A stretch of 64,000 nucleotides of DNA from Flavipsychrobacter sp. (GCA_024508935.1 JANINW010000006.1:91873-155872); one strand, 5' to 3'; shown: positions 8,932 to 18,510, numbered from the stretch's first letter. Translations and numbers: made by a program. Notes: a model not told the origin generated them from the sequence alone.

Positions 8932-9732
8932 TTACCTCTCTGAGAATTTTTTATGATAAGGTTGCTTCAGGCGGCTGTAGCGGATGGCCATACCTAAGGA
9001 CCATGCGGCCGAAACAATGCCCGCCAGCAATGCTGCATCAGACACATCCTGCACATCTGCACGGTAGGCTACAGATATGGCAATGGTAGCCCAGGCCACT
9101 ACTGCAGGGTATAGCCAGTCGCGGTAGGCTACACTCATTATTGCACCGAGTAATACAGCTATGAATAGGGTTATCATAGCCAGTGTCACCTCAGGTATAG
9201 GCCCGCCATGCCAGCCTATGTGCACGCAGTAAATAGATATATTGGCAATAGTAGCCACAGATATCCAGCCCATAAATATGCTGAAGGGAACCGTAAGCCA
9301 CTGGCTGTGATGATGGTTGTTTACTGCAGGCTTTACAATGCGGAACTGCACTAAACCGAAAATAAAATTGGCAATAATAATGAGCAGCGCCCAGCCTATA
9401 TACTCAAACCGGAATAGCACCTGCCATACTGCATTCAGCACATTTACCGCCATAAAAGGATAAGCCAGCCTGTCGTACAAGGCATCATTTCGCTGAGATG
9501 GCAGTACCTGGTAAATAGCATAGATAATAAAGCCCAGGAATATAATGCCCCATATAGCGAAAGCATAACCGGCAGGTACAAACAGGCTGCGGTTTTCATA
9601 GGTTACCTGTACAATACTTTTTGCACCGCCCATGGGCACTACCTGGGTGATATTACAAAAAGCTATAGCCAAAATAGTAACTATAAGTACTGTCCACCTG
9701 AGCCCTGCATTGTTTCTTACTGATGTTTCCAT
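8932..9732 (-). CDS. TspO/MBR-related tryptophan-rich membrane protein (long form)
   Basis: PAGYAFAIWGIIF, LNAVWQVLF and PFSIFMGWISVATIAN motifs; about 8 TM segments. Confidence 0.8.
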   Translation of the reverse strand: METSVRNNAGLRWTVLIVTILAIAFCNITQVVPMGGAKSIVQVTYENRSLFVPAGYAFAIWGIIFLGFIIYAIYQVLPSQRNDALYDRLAYPFMAVNVLNAVWQVLFRFEYIGWALLIIIANFIFGLVQFRIVKPAVNNHHHSQWLTVPFSIFMGWISVATIANISIYCVHIGWHGGPIPEVTLAMITLFIAVLLGAIMSVAYRDWLYPAVVAWATIAISVAYRADVQDVSDAALLAGIVSAAWSLGMAIRYSRLKQPYHKKFSER

Positions 9733-9998
9733 TTCAAAAATGTTTTACGATCTTATTTTAATAAAAAGGATGCCCCTAACAGTTAACAATGAAGCCCCCG
9801 TGTTTCTCACACCAAAAACAGGTGCCCATTTATAAATGTTTAAGCGCGGTAATACAATGGTAATTTTGTGTACCCTATCCACATAAAAAGAAAATACACA
9901 GTCTAAACAACTGAAAATCAATTTAAATAAAAATTTATCCATAACCCCTCAACCAAACACCGGCGCTTAATGAAACTCCTTAACTTTACCCGGGGATA

Positions 9999-11333
9999 AT
10001 GCTTTACGCTATTGTAGATATTGAAACGACGGGGAGTTATGCTGCAGCAAACGGCATTACGGAGATAGCTATTGTGATACATGATGGCAAACAGGTGCTC
10101 AATTATTACGAGACACTGGTCAATCCCCAGCAACCCATTCCACGCTTCATCCAATCGCTTACCGGCATTAATGACCGTATGGTAGCCCACGCGCCTGCAT
10201 TTCATGAAGTGGCCGGGCAGATACACGAATTGCTGCAGAACAAAGTATTTGTAGCACACAATGTCAATTTCGATTATTCTTTTCTGAAGCACCAGCTGCA
10301 AACGGTAGGATATGAACTGGAAGCACGTAAGCTCTGTACCGTAAGACTGGCGCGCAAGATATTACCGGGTTATCCCAGCTATAGCCTTGGTAAACTTTGT
10401 CATTATATCGGTATCGGTATTGCCAACCATCACCGTGCCGGCGGCGACGCACTGGCCACCGCCGAACTGTTTGGCCTGCTGGTGCAAAACGATAAGCACG
10501 GCGTAATACCCGGTATGCTGAAAGGCCGCAACCTGGAGCAATACCTGCCGCCCAATGTACCGGTAGAGCAGGTAGACAACCTGCCAACCACGCCGGGTGT
10601 CTATTATTTTTACAATGGCAGCGGCAAGATCATTTACATAGGCAAGGCGGTAAATATTGCCAAACGCATTCGCAGCCATTTCAGCAATAACAAAGCAGGA
10701 AAACAAAAGCAGGATTTCCTGCGCGAGATACACCGTATCAGCTATACAGAATGTGCTACCGAACTGATGGCGCACATACTGGAGAGCACAGAGATACGCA
10801 AGATATGGCCGGTGCACAACCGCAGCCAGCGGGGATACCTGCCTAAATTCGGCCTGTTTGTATACGAAGACCAGCAAGGGTATAAACGCCTGGGTATCGA
10901 AAAGAACAAGCACTATTTTAAAGCGGTGCATACTTTCAATACACTTATTGAAGGGCAAAACCAATTGCGTACTATGGTCAGTTCTTTTGAGCTGTGCAGC
11001 CGCCTTTGCAACATTGCCAGGGTTGCCGACCCGGAATACAACCTGCCTGATGTGGAAGAGTATAACGAACGTGTAGACGAAGCCATCAGCTGGCTGCAGG
11101 CCCAGTTGCCAACCTTTGCACTGGTAGACAAAGGAATGAACGAAAATGAGCAGAGCTGCATCCTGATGAAAAAAGGCAATTTTTATGGCATGGGCTACCT
11201 CACAGACGGTGTAATGCCGGAAACGGTAGATAAGTTACAGCAGCAACTGGAACCCTACCAGGACAATGACTATATACGCAACCTGATATACAAGCACGCC
11301 AGCACTTACCCTGATAAGTGTGTTGCACTTTAG
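9999..11333 (+). CDS. DEDDh 3'-5' exonuclease (DnaQ-like) fused to a GIY-YIG (UvrC/Cho N-terminal-like) nuclease
   Basis: IVDIETTG, HNVNFD, HHRAGGDA; PGVYYF...IIYIGKAVNI.KRIRSHF. Confidence 0.9.
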   Translation: MLYAIVDIETTGSYAAANGITEIAIVIHDGKQVLNYYETLVNPQQPIPRFIQSLTGINDRMVAHAPAFHEVAGQIHELLQNKVFVAHNVNFDYSFLKHQLQTVGYELEARKLCTVRLARKILPGYPSYSLGKLCHYIGIGIANHHRAGGDALATAELFGLLVQNDKHGVIPGMLKGRNLEQYLPPNVPVEQVDNLPTTPGVYYFYNGSGKIIYIGKAVNIAKRIRSHFSNNKAGKQKQDFLREIHRISYTECATELMAHILESTEIRKIWPVHNRSQRGYLPKFGLFVYEDQQGYKRLGIEKNKHYFKAVHTFNTLIEGQNQLRTMVSSFELCSRLCNIARVADPEYNLPDVEEYNERVDEAISWLQAQLPTFALVDKGMNENEQSCILMKKGNFYGMGYLTDGVMPETVDKLQQQLEPYQDNDYIRNLIYKHASTYPDKCVAL

Positions 11334-11343
11334 CTAAATACCG

Positions 11344-13377
11344 CTATTGCGCCAGCCAATATTTACGCAGCAGCCATTCGGCCACAGCAAACAGCAGCAC
11401 CAAAAAGAAATACCATTTCCAGTCTACCAGTGGTACCGTTTCCGCATTGGTCTGTATCACCGGTTTGATATTCGTGTTCTTAGAAATGCTGTCGTAGAGG
11501 CTGCCTACAGCCGATGCCGGCACAAAAGACCCGTTGTATTTTTTAGCCAGTGAATACAGCAAAGGAAAATCAGCGCCTGTTTCCATAAATTCCAACGGCA
11601 TGCTTTCTACAACAAAACTGCCACTTACCGTGTAGGTCTTGCCATTATAAGCAGCCTGTGCGTTATAGGTATAAGTTCCACCTGCCCGCACCCCGATATT
11701 AATGCGGTAAGCACTGCCGTTTTTTTCCATGCTGTAAGCCTGTTTATTGCCGGCACTATCTGCAATGCGCAATTGCACATCTGCTGTGTTTACCTGCTCG
11801 TTATTGGCATTCAGCAAATAGGCATCCAGCGTTATGGCTTCCTGGTCGCTCCACACATATTTAGGCAGCACTACGCGGAAGGGTTTCTCAGCATTATTTG
11901 CTGTAAGAAAAGATACTGTTTGGCGAATGCATTCATCAATCACTTCATGCTTGCCAAAGTTCTTGTATTCATATAAGCGCCAGCGCCAGATACCTTCACC
12001 AATAAGCATAGCTACCGGCACATTGCTTTGCTGCAGCATCCACAGCGGCATAGGCTCCCCGCTACGCTGCCGGAGCAATACATCTGTGTTGGGCAATGCT
12101 TTTACATTGCCCACCGGCATATTTAACGGCGGCATTTTGTCTAATACAGCCGGCAGGCTTTGTGGTAAAGTAAAGCTGCTGAACGCTGTATTATAGCTTG
12201 CAAATACATCGCGCAACGCGCCGGGGTTCATATTAAGGTTAGCAGGTTTAGGCAGCGAGGCTAATGCACCAAAATTATTTTGTGTGCCCACTATATACCA
12301 TACCGGCTTATGCGATGCGGCTACCAATTGCGATACATTGTCGCTGAGACCCGGCAATTGGTGCAGGATCACCATGTCATAACCGTCGAAAGAAGACGGC
12401 AGGTTATCGGCAGTGCGGATAGTGAGTTTGAAATTATCCATACCGCTCAAGGCCTCCCTTATCGCGTTTACATCAGGATGCGGTGCAGCTGCTGCCAGCA
12501 GTATATTCTTTTTTTCATCCACCACTTCTACAAACACATCACGACGGTTGTTTGTAATATTAGCCTCCCCGTCAGCTACAGGTATGCTTACCACATAATG
12601 ATGCAAACCGGCAACAGCAGCTTTAACACTAAAGGAAACAGCCCTGTCGAACCTGTCTGCATTCACTGAAACCGGCGTTGCTGATAGCACATTGCCGCTC
12701 TCCAATAATTGGGCACTGTTATTATATCCATTGCAAAGCTGCGCCAGCACATCGGCCCGTATTTCGAACTGGCTGTTAAGTGCTACTGTTTTATTGGCAT
12801 ACACATTTGCTATACGCAGGTCCTTTTGCGCTGCACTATCCCCAAGGCCAACCGTGTATACCGGGTTCTGGAAAGATAGCTGCTGGTAGGCAGGGTTATT
12901 CCCTTCATTATACCGGCCATCGGTAGCCAGTATAACAGCGCCCAGGTTTTGGGCACCATAAAACTCTTGTGCCTTAGCTAAAGCAGCAGCTATATCTGTT
13001 GAAGTTTGTCTGTATTGAAAAAGGCTGTCTGCCTGCACACTATGCCCAAAGCCCCAGCGCACTACCCTGTAGGTGCCGGATAATTTGTCGAGTAATTGCT
13101 GCGCATTCTTTTGGTATGCTGCCGTATCCTTATCCAAAGCCCGGGCTACCGATTGAGAATTGTCCTGCAGAAATAGTACAACAGGCTTCTGTGTCTCATT
13201 CCTGCTGATGGTAATGTAAGGAGCTAAAAGTAATAACAAAGTAAGCAGCACTACTATGCTGCGTAACGCAGCTGTAAGCCAGGGATAAGGAACTTCGCGC
13301 TTTTTATCCTTGCGGTACACCCAGTACCCGGCACCTGCCGATAGGATAATAGCTATAAACCAATAAAGCCATTGCAT
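11344..13377 (-). CDS. Membrane-anchored VWA-domain protein
   Basis: N- and C-terminal TM segments, MIDAS-like DNSQS and ILATDG, C-terminal LFAVAEWLLRK. Confidence 0.75.
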   Translation of the reverse strand: MQWLYWFIAIILSAGAGYWVYRKDKKREVPYPWLTAALRSIVVLLTLLLLLAPYITISRNETQKPVVLFLQDNSQSVARALDKDTAAYQKNAQQLLDKLSGTYRVVRWGFGHSVQADSLFQYRQTSTDIAAALAKAQEFYGAQNLGAVILATDGRYNEGNNPAYQQLSFQNPVYTVGLGDSAAQKDLRIANVYANKTVALNSQFEIRADVLAQLCNGYNNSAQLLESGNVLSATPVSVNADRFDRAVSFSVKAAVAGLHHYVVSIPVADGEANITNNRRDVFVEVVDEKKNILLAAAAPHPDVNAIREALSGMDNFKLTIRTADNLPSSFDGYDMVILHQLPGLSDNVSQLVAASHKPVWYIVGTQNNFGALASLPKPANLNMNPGALRDVFASYNTAFSSFTLPQSLPAVLDKMPPLNMPVGNVKALPNTDVLLRQRSGEPMPLWMLQQSNVPVAMLIGEGIWRWRLYEYKNFGKHEVIDECIRQTVSFLTANNAEKPFRVVLPKYVWSDQEAITLDAYLLNANNEQVNTADVQLRIADSAGNKQAYSMEKNGSAYRINIGVRAGGTYTYNAQAAYNGKTYTVSGSFVVESMPLEFMETGADFPLLYSLAKKYNGSFVPASAVGSLYDSISKNTNIKPVIQTNAETVPLVDWKWYFFLVLLFAVAEWLLRKYWLAQ

Positions 13378-13502
13378 GTGTAACGCAAACTAAAGAATAA
13401 AACTTAAATAAGATAAGTCATTACCATATACCCGAGTTAATTATAACTTAAAGCAAACTATATAAGGATAATATTGTTGTATCTGCAAAATCCGGTGTTT
13501 AC

Positions 13503-13510
13503 TAATTTTG
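13503..13510 (+). promoter_or_regulatory. -7 element (TAATTTTG)
   Basis: Exact TAnnTTTG 17 nt before ATG 13527. Confidence 0.6.
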
Positions 13511-13526
13511 CAACGGAATAAGATTT

Positions 13527-14690
13527 ATGCAGGCTATGCAGATGCATGAAGTAAAGACAGCAGCAGATAAAAGATTGTTTGTAGATATGGCGGCAGGGTT
13601 CTATAAAAACAACCCTAACTGGATACGCCCCCTGGATAAAGATATTGAAGAAGTATTTGATCCTGCCCGCAATAAATTCTTCAAAAAAGGTGAATGTACC
13701 CGCTGGATATTGAAAGATGATCGCGGGAGTGCCATTGGCCGTATAGCTGCCTTTGTAAATAAACAATATAAACAGGAACAGCCTACCGGCGGTGTAGGTT
13801 TTTTTGAATGCATAAACGACCAGGCCGCTGCCAATCATATGCTGGACCATTGCAAACAATGGCTGCAGGAACGCGGAATGGAAGCCATGGACGGTCCCAT
13901 AAACTTTGGAGAGCGGGAGCGCTGGTGGGGGCTATTAGTAGAAGGTTTCCAGGAACCGCTGTATTGCATGAATTACAACCCACCCTATTATGAGCAACTG
14001 TTTAAAAATTATGGCTTTGAAGTTTATTTTGAGCAGCTATGTTTTGCAATGCAAGTGCAGAACCGACCTCAGGAAAAATTTTATCATCGCCACGATGAAT
14101 TGACAGCCAAAGGAGGTTATACTTCGTCCAGGTTATATAAAAATAAGCTGGACAAATTTGCTCAAGACTTCACCTATATCTACAACAAGGCCTGGGCCAA
14201 ACATGGCGAAGGCAAAGCCCTGGAACAAAAAACTGTCCGCAAAATGTTCGAGGTGATGAAGCCTATTATTGATGAGGATATCTCCTGGTTTGTATATCAC
14301 AACGGCGAGCCGGTAGGCTTTTGGGTAAACCTGCCCGACCTTAACCAGTTTTTCAAGCATTTTGATGGAAAATTCGGGCTGTGGCAAAAACTGCGCTTCC
14401 TGTGGATGAAGAAATTTGGCAAATGCAACCGTTTTGTAGGGCTCGCGTTTGGTATTATCCCCGAGTTCCAGGGAAAGGGGGTAGATGGCTATATGATAAT
14501 AGAAGGGGCAAATGTCATTCAGCCATCAGGCAAGTATGATGATTATGAAATGCAGTGGATAGGCGATTTCAACCCCAAGATGGTGAACATAGCCGAAAGC
14601 CTGGGCACCTACCGCAGCCGTAAGCTGCAAACGCTCCGTTACCTGTTCGACAGGAACAAAGAATTTAAGCGCCACCCGATAATAAATTAG
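13527..14690 (+). CDS. GNAT-fold protein (YghO-like N-acetyltransferase family)
   Basis: GRIAAF, GFFECIND, GPINFGERE.WGLLVEGF, YNPPYY, PEFQGKGV acetyl-CoA loop. Confidence 0.8.
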   Translation: MQAMQMHEVKTAADKRLFVDMAAGFYKNNPNWIRPLDKDIEEVFDPARNKFFKKGECTRWILKDDRGSAIGRIAAFVNKQYKQEQPTGGVGFFECINDQAAANHMLDHCKQWLQERGMEAMDGPINFGERERWWGLLVEGFQEPLYCMNYNPPYYEQLFKNYGFEVYFEQLCFAMQVQNRPQEKFYHRHDELTAKGGYTSSRLYKNKLDKFAQDFTYIYNKAWAKHGEGKALEQKTVRKMFEVMKPIIDEDISWFVYHNGEPVGFWVNLPDLNQFFKHFDGKFGLWQKLRFLWMKKFGKCNRFVGLAFGIIPEFQGKGVDGYMIIEGANVIQPSGKYDDYEMQWIGDFNPKMVNIAESLGTYRSRKLQTLRYLFDRNKEFKRHPIIN

Positions 14691-15541
14691 GCAAGCTGCA
14701 GGAATAACTTCACCACTTCCATCGCTTCTTTCACATCATGCACCCTTAGTATATTAGCACCTTGCTGTAGGGCTACCATGTTCAGCGTAGTAGTACCATT
14801 GAGCGCGCCATCCGCATTAGTTCCCAAAGTCTTCCAAATGGTAGATTTGCGGGAAAGGCCTGCCAGTATAGGTTTACCTAATATCCTGAATGTATCGAGA
14901 TGATTGAGCAATTGAAAATTATGCCCGATGGTTTTACCAAAACCAAAACCAGGGTCTAAGATGATATCGGCAATGCCGGCACCCTCACATTGGGTACTGA
15001 TCGCCGCCAGTTCGCGCCGCACTTCCGTTACCACATCATCGTATTGAGGATCTTGCTGCATGGTTTCGGGCGTACCTTGTATATGCATGGCTATATACGG
15101 CACTTTCAATGCAGCCACGGTGGACAGCATATCTTTATCAAACTTGCCGGCACTTATATCATTAATAACTGATGCCCCTGCTTCAATAGCCGCTTTTGCA
15201 GTCGACGCATTGTAGGTATCTACGGACAGCCATGCTTCAGGAAAATGCTGGTTTATGGCTGCTACAACCGGCAGTATTCGGTCTTGTTCCTCGCCGGGGT
15301 TGATAAGTGCAGAACCCGGTTTAGTACTGGCACCGCCTATATCCAGTATGGCAGCCCCGTCCCGCAGCATTTTTTCTGCATTTGCCAATAGTGCATCAGG
15401 GCTGCTGTCTCGCCCCTTATTATAAAAGCTATCGGGCGTGGCATTTAGGATACCCATTACAACCGGATTTGATATATCCAATATCCTGCCCCTGCTTTGC
15501 AGCGTGGTTTGTACGGGTAAAAATGTATTTTTGAAACTCAT
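14687..15541 (-). CDS. folP: Dihydropteroate synthase
   Basis: VMGILNATPDSF, DIGGASTKPG, SVDT, INDIS, DPGFGFGK, GLSRKS, RVHDV. Confidence 0.97.
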   Translation of the reverse strand: MSFKNTFLPVQTTLQSRGRILDISNPVVMGILNATPDSFYNKGRDSSPDALLANAEKMLRDGAAILDIGGASTKPGSALINPGEEQDRILPVVAAINQHFPEAWLSVDTYNASTAKAAIEAGASVINDISAGKFDKDMLSTVAALKVPYIAMHIQGTPETMQQDPQYDDVVTEVRRELAAISTQCEGAGIADIILDPGFGFGKTIGHNFQLLNHLDTFRILGKPILAGLSRKSTIWKTLGTNADGALNGTTTLNMVALQQGANILRVHDVKEAMEVVKLFLQLA

Positions 15542-15581
15542 TGCTTATACAAAGAAAATGCAGGATAGCTTAAGCACCAAC

Positions 15582-16136
15582 ATGGCCGGTACAAATACTA
15601 TTTCACAATACCGTTCTATAGTTAACCAGTGTAAAGACCTTTATACCAAAAAAGCCAGCGATTATGGTACTTCGTGGCGTGTGCTGCGGCCCATTTCTAT
15701 TGTAGACCAGATATATATTAAAGCATGGCGTATCCGCCAGATACAGGAGACCGGCGAACAAAAAATAGGCGACAGCATAGAAAGCGAATTTGTAGGTATA
15801 GTTAACTATGGCATTATAGCCCTGATACAGGAATCTATACCCGATGGTGCCGAAACAGAACTGAACGCTGCAGAGGCTAAGCAATGGTATGAGCAAAAAG
15901 CACAGGAAATAGAAGACCTGATGCTGCAAAAAAATCATGACTACGGCGAGGCCTGGAGAGATATGTCGCAGCAATCGTTTGTAGACCTGATACTGGTAAA
16001 ACTGCTGCGCATCAAGCAAATACTGGCCAACGATGGCAAAACAATAGTTTCAGAAGGCATGGATGCTAATTTTTGCGATATAGTGAACTATGCCATATTT
16101 GCCCTGATAAAGATCAGCGAGCAAAAAATGCTTTAA
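15582..16136 (+). CDS. DUF1599 (nucleotide-modification-associated domain) protein, two tandem copies
   Basis: Duplicated K.x.DYG.xWR...D.I..K..RI.QI...IVNY motif; ATG 15582 (alternative 15558). Confidence 0.85.
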   Translation: MAGTNTISQYRSIVNQCKDLYTKKASDYGTSWRVLRPISIVDQIYIKAWRIRQIQETGEQKIGDSIESEFVGIVNYGIIALIQESIPDGAETELNAAEAKQWYEQKAQEIEDLMLQKNHDYGEAWRDMSQQSFVDLILVKLLRIKQILANDGKTIVSEGMDANFCDIVNYAIFALIKISEQKML

Positions 16137-16199
16137 CAAATATTTTCAAGCCTATCTTTAAAACCACACGTCATATATACGCATAAACCACCGACCGAT

Positions 16200-17330
16200 A
16201 TGAAGTACATACTTTGGATATTAAGAATAGTTGTAGGTCTCCTTTTCATTTTTTCGGGACTAGTGAAAGCGAACGACCCACTGGGCCTCAGCTATAAGAT
16301 GAATGAATTTTTTGAAGTATGGCATATGGCGTGGATGATGCCATATTCACTGGCATTGTCGGTAGCCATGATCGCTTTTGAAATAATAGCGGGTATTGCA
16401 CTGCTGCTGGGCTATGCCTATCGTATATTTTCTTTCCTGCTATTGCTGCTTATCACTTTCTTTACTTTCCTTACAGCCTATGTGTTATTCTCGGGCAAGA
16501 TCAAAGAATGCGGCTGCTTTGGCGATTGTATCAAAATAACCAATGAAGAAACTTTCTATAAAGATGTAGCCCTGCTTGTTTTTGGCTTCATCCTGTTCCT
16601 GTACCGTAAGCGCATCCAGCCAATTTTCAGCAATGGCGTTGGAAGCGCTTTGATGATACTGACCGTGATCTTTGCCTTCGGCATACAGTGGTATACCCTG
16701 AACCACCTGCCCTTCCATGACTGCCTGCCTTATAAAATAGGCACTGACGTGAATACAGACCGCAAAATACCTCCCGGCGCTATCCCCGACAAGTATGAAA
16801 GCGTAATGATCTATGAGAAGGATGGGGTGAAAAAAGAGTTTACAATGGAGAACTATCCTTGGCAGGATACTACCTGGAAGTTTGTAGACCGTAAAGACAA
16901 ACTGGTACAAAAAGGCAATGCTGAAGCTAAGATCAAGGATTTTGTAATATCTGATTACGATGGCAACGACCATACAGAAGAGATATTGACTGCCCCGGGC
17001 TATGCTTTTGTACTTTTTGTAAAAGACCCCGGTACAGCCGACCTGAAAAATATAGAACGCCTGCCCGCTCTTATTACCAAGACCAATGCACTGAATATAC
17101 CATTCTATGTATTGTGCTCTGCCGAAAAAGAACGGGCAGAAGCCTTCCAGAAAAAATACAAACTGGATGCAGCTTATTTCCTGATACTGGACGTTACAGT
17201 TTCCAAAACTGCTATGCGTTCTAATCCCGGCCTTATGCTGCTGGAGCAAGGCGTGATATGCGGCAAATGGGCACCTGCCGATTACCCTAAAGATGTAGTG
17301 TTGGAAAACGGCAAACTGAAATTGAAATAA
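16200..17330 (+). CDS. BT_3928-family membrane protein (DoxX/MauE-like N-terminus)
   Basis: SGLVKANDPLGLSYKM.E.F, KECGCFGDCIK, C-terminal RSNPGLMLL; usual neighbour of DUF1599. Confidence 0.85.
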   Translation: MKYILWILRIVVGLLFIFSGLVKANDPLGLSYKMNEFFEVWHMAWMMPYSLALSVAMIAFEIIAGIALLLGYAYRIFSFLLLLLITFFTFLTAYVLFSGKIKECGCFGDCIKITNEETFYKDVALLVFGFILFLYRKRIQPIFSNGVGSALMILTVIFAFGIQWYTLNHLPFHDCLPYKIGTDVNTDRKIPPGAIPDKYESVMIYEKDGVKKEFTMENYPWQDTTWKFVDRKDKLVQKGNAEAKIKDFVISDYDGNDHTEEILTAPGYAFVLFVKDPGTADLKNIERLPALITKTNALNIPFYVLCSAEKERAEAFQKKYKLDAAYFLILDVTVSKTAMRSNPGLMLLEQGVICGKWAPADYPKDVVLENGKLKLK

Positions 17331-18385
17331 TGGCAGGCTTCCTGGCACGCCGCATTAGGTATAGCCTGCTGGTGCTGCTGGGGGTAGTTACCGTGGTTTT
17401 TTTCCTGTTCAATGTATTGCCGGGAGACCCTGCAAGGCTTACTATGGGTCAGCGCAGCGACCTTTCTACCCTGGAGAATGTGCGCCGCGAAATGAACCTG
17501 GATAAGCCCCTGCTTACCCGCTACCTTATTTACCTGAATGATATTTCTCCCATAGGCACACACAGTAGAGATGCTGCTACGCAAGCCAAATATCATTATA
17601 TAAGCCTGCTGCCGCTGGGCAGCAAAACACTTGCCTTAAAATGGCCTTACCTCGGGCGTTCCTACCGTACCAAACGGGAGGTAAATGCAGTATTGACCGA
17701 GGCCTTACCCGGCACTATCGTATTAGCGCTGGCAGCTATGACACTGGCTACCCTATTCGGCATCTTACTGGGGGTACTGGCGTCACTTAAGAAAAATACC
17801 TGGCTTGACACTTCTGCCATAGCGGCCAGTGTGGCCGGCATATCTATGCCCTCATTCTTTGCCGGCCTCATCATTGCCTACTGCTTCGGGTACTTATTAC
17901 ATAATTTTTCGGGGCTGAACATGACCGGCTCCCTTTGGGAATATGATCCATTTACCGGCCGGCATATTGTTTTAAAGAACCTAATTTTGCCCGCCATAGC
18001 ACTGGGCATACGCCCCCTGGCCATCATAACCCAGCTCACCCGCAGCGCCGTGCTCGATGTATTATCGCAGGATTATATACGCACGGCTTATGCCAAAGGC
18101 TTATCAAAAACACGCGTAGTATTCAGCCATGCCCTGCCCAATGCGCTGAACCCTGTAGTTACCGCCATTTCGGGCTGGCTGGCAGAATTGCTGGCGGGGT
18201 CTTTCTTTATTGAATACATTTTTGGCTGGAAGGGAGTGGGTAAACTCACCGTTGATGCGTTGGACAAATTCGACTTCCCGCTTGTGATGGGCTCGGTGCT
18301 GCTTACTGCATTCATTTTCATTATAGTTAGCCTTGCAACAGATCTGTTATATGGCTGGCTTGACCCGCGGGTGCGCTTACGGTAG
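17330..18385 (+). CDS. ABC transporter permease, OppB/DppB-like
   Basis: LPGDPA, YLGRSY, EAA-loop DYIRTAYAKGL, D.LYGWLDPRVR. Confidence 0.92.
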   Translation: MAGFLARRIRYSLLVLLGVVTVVFFLFNVLPGDPARLTMGQRSDLSTLENVRREMNLDKPLLTRYLIYLNDISPIGTHSRDAATQAKYHYISLLPLGSKTLALKWPYLGRSYRTKREVNAVLTEALPGTIVLALAAMTLATLFGILLGVLASLKKNTWLDTSAIAASVAGISMPSFFAGLIIAYCFGYLLHNFSGLNMTGSLWEYDPFTGRHIVLKNLILPAIALGIRPLAIITQLTRSAVLDVLSQDYIRTAYAKGLSKTRVVFSHALPNALNPVVTAISGWLAELLAGSFFIEYIFGWKGVGKLTVDALDKFDFPLVMGSVLLTAFIFIIVSLATDLLYGWLDPRVRLR

Positions 18386-18404
18386 AATGACGATACCGGT
18401 TATT

Positions 18405-18481
18405 CATTAACTGAACATTACGAATTAGATATTATTTCATCTATCCAAGGTTAAGAAATTATTAAGTTTCTGTTACCACTT
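18405..18481 (+). promoter_or_regulatory. Array of 11-bp-phased direct repeats (Pho-box-like) upstream of DUF47-PiT
   Basis: TTA(A/C) cores at 18407, 18418, 18451, 18462 and 18473 (spacings 11, 33, 11, 11). Confidence 0.55.
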
Positions 18482-18502
18482 TTTCAGGCTAAGAAAGCAA
18501 GA

Positions 18503-18510
18503 TACTTTTG
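18503..18510 (+). promoter_or_regulatory. -7 element (TACTTTTG) for DUF47-PiT
   Basis: Exact TAnnTTTG 33 nt before ATG 18543. Confidence 0.65.

Noticed and set aside
9745-9942. 65-aa ORF in the tspO/exonuclease intergenic region
   Set aside because: AT-rich, no motif, and it overlaps probable promoter DNA; no support.
16485-17348. 287-aa antisense ORF (likewise 4364-4954, 6343-6945, 10362-10964, 25842-26561, 51815-52474 and others)
   Set aside because: These lie fully opposite well-supported genes and have no recognisable motifs; they are codon-bias shadows.
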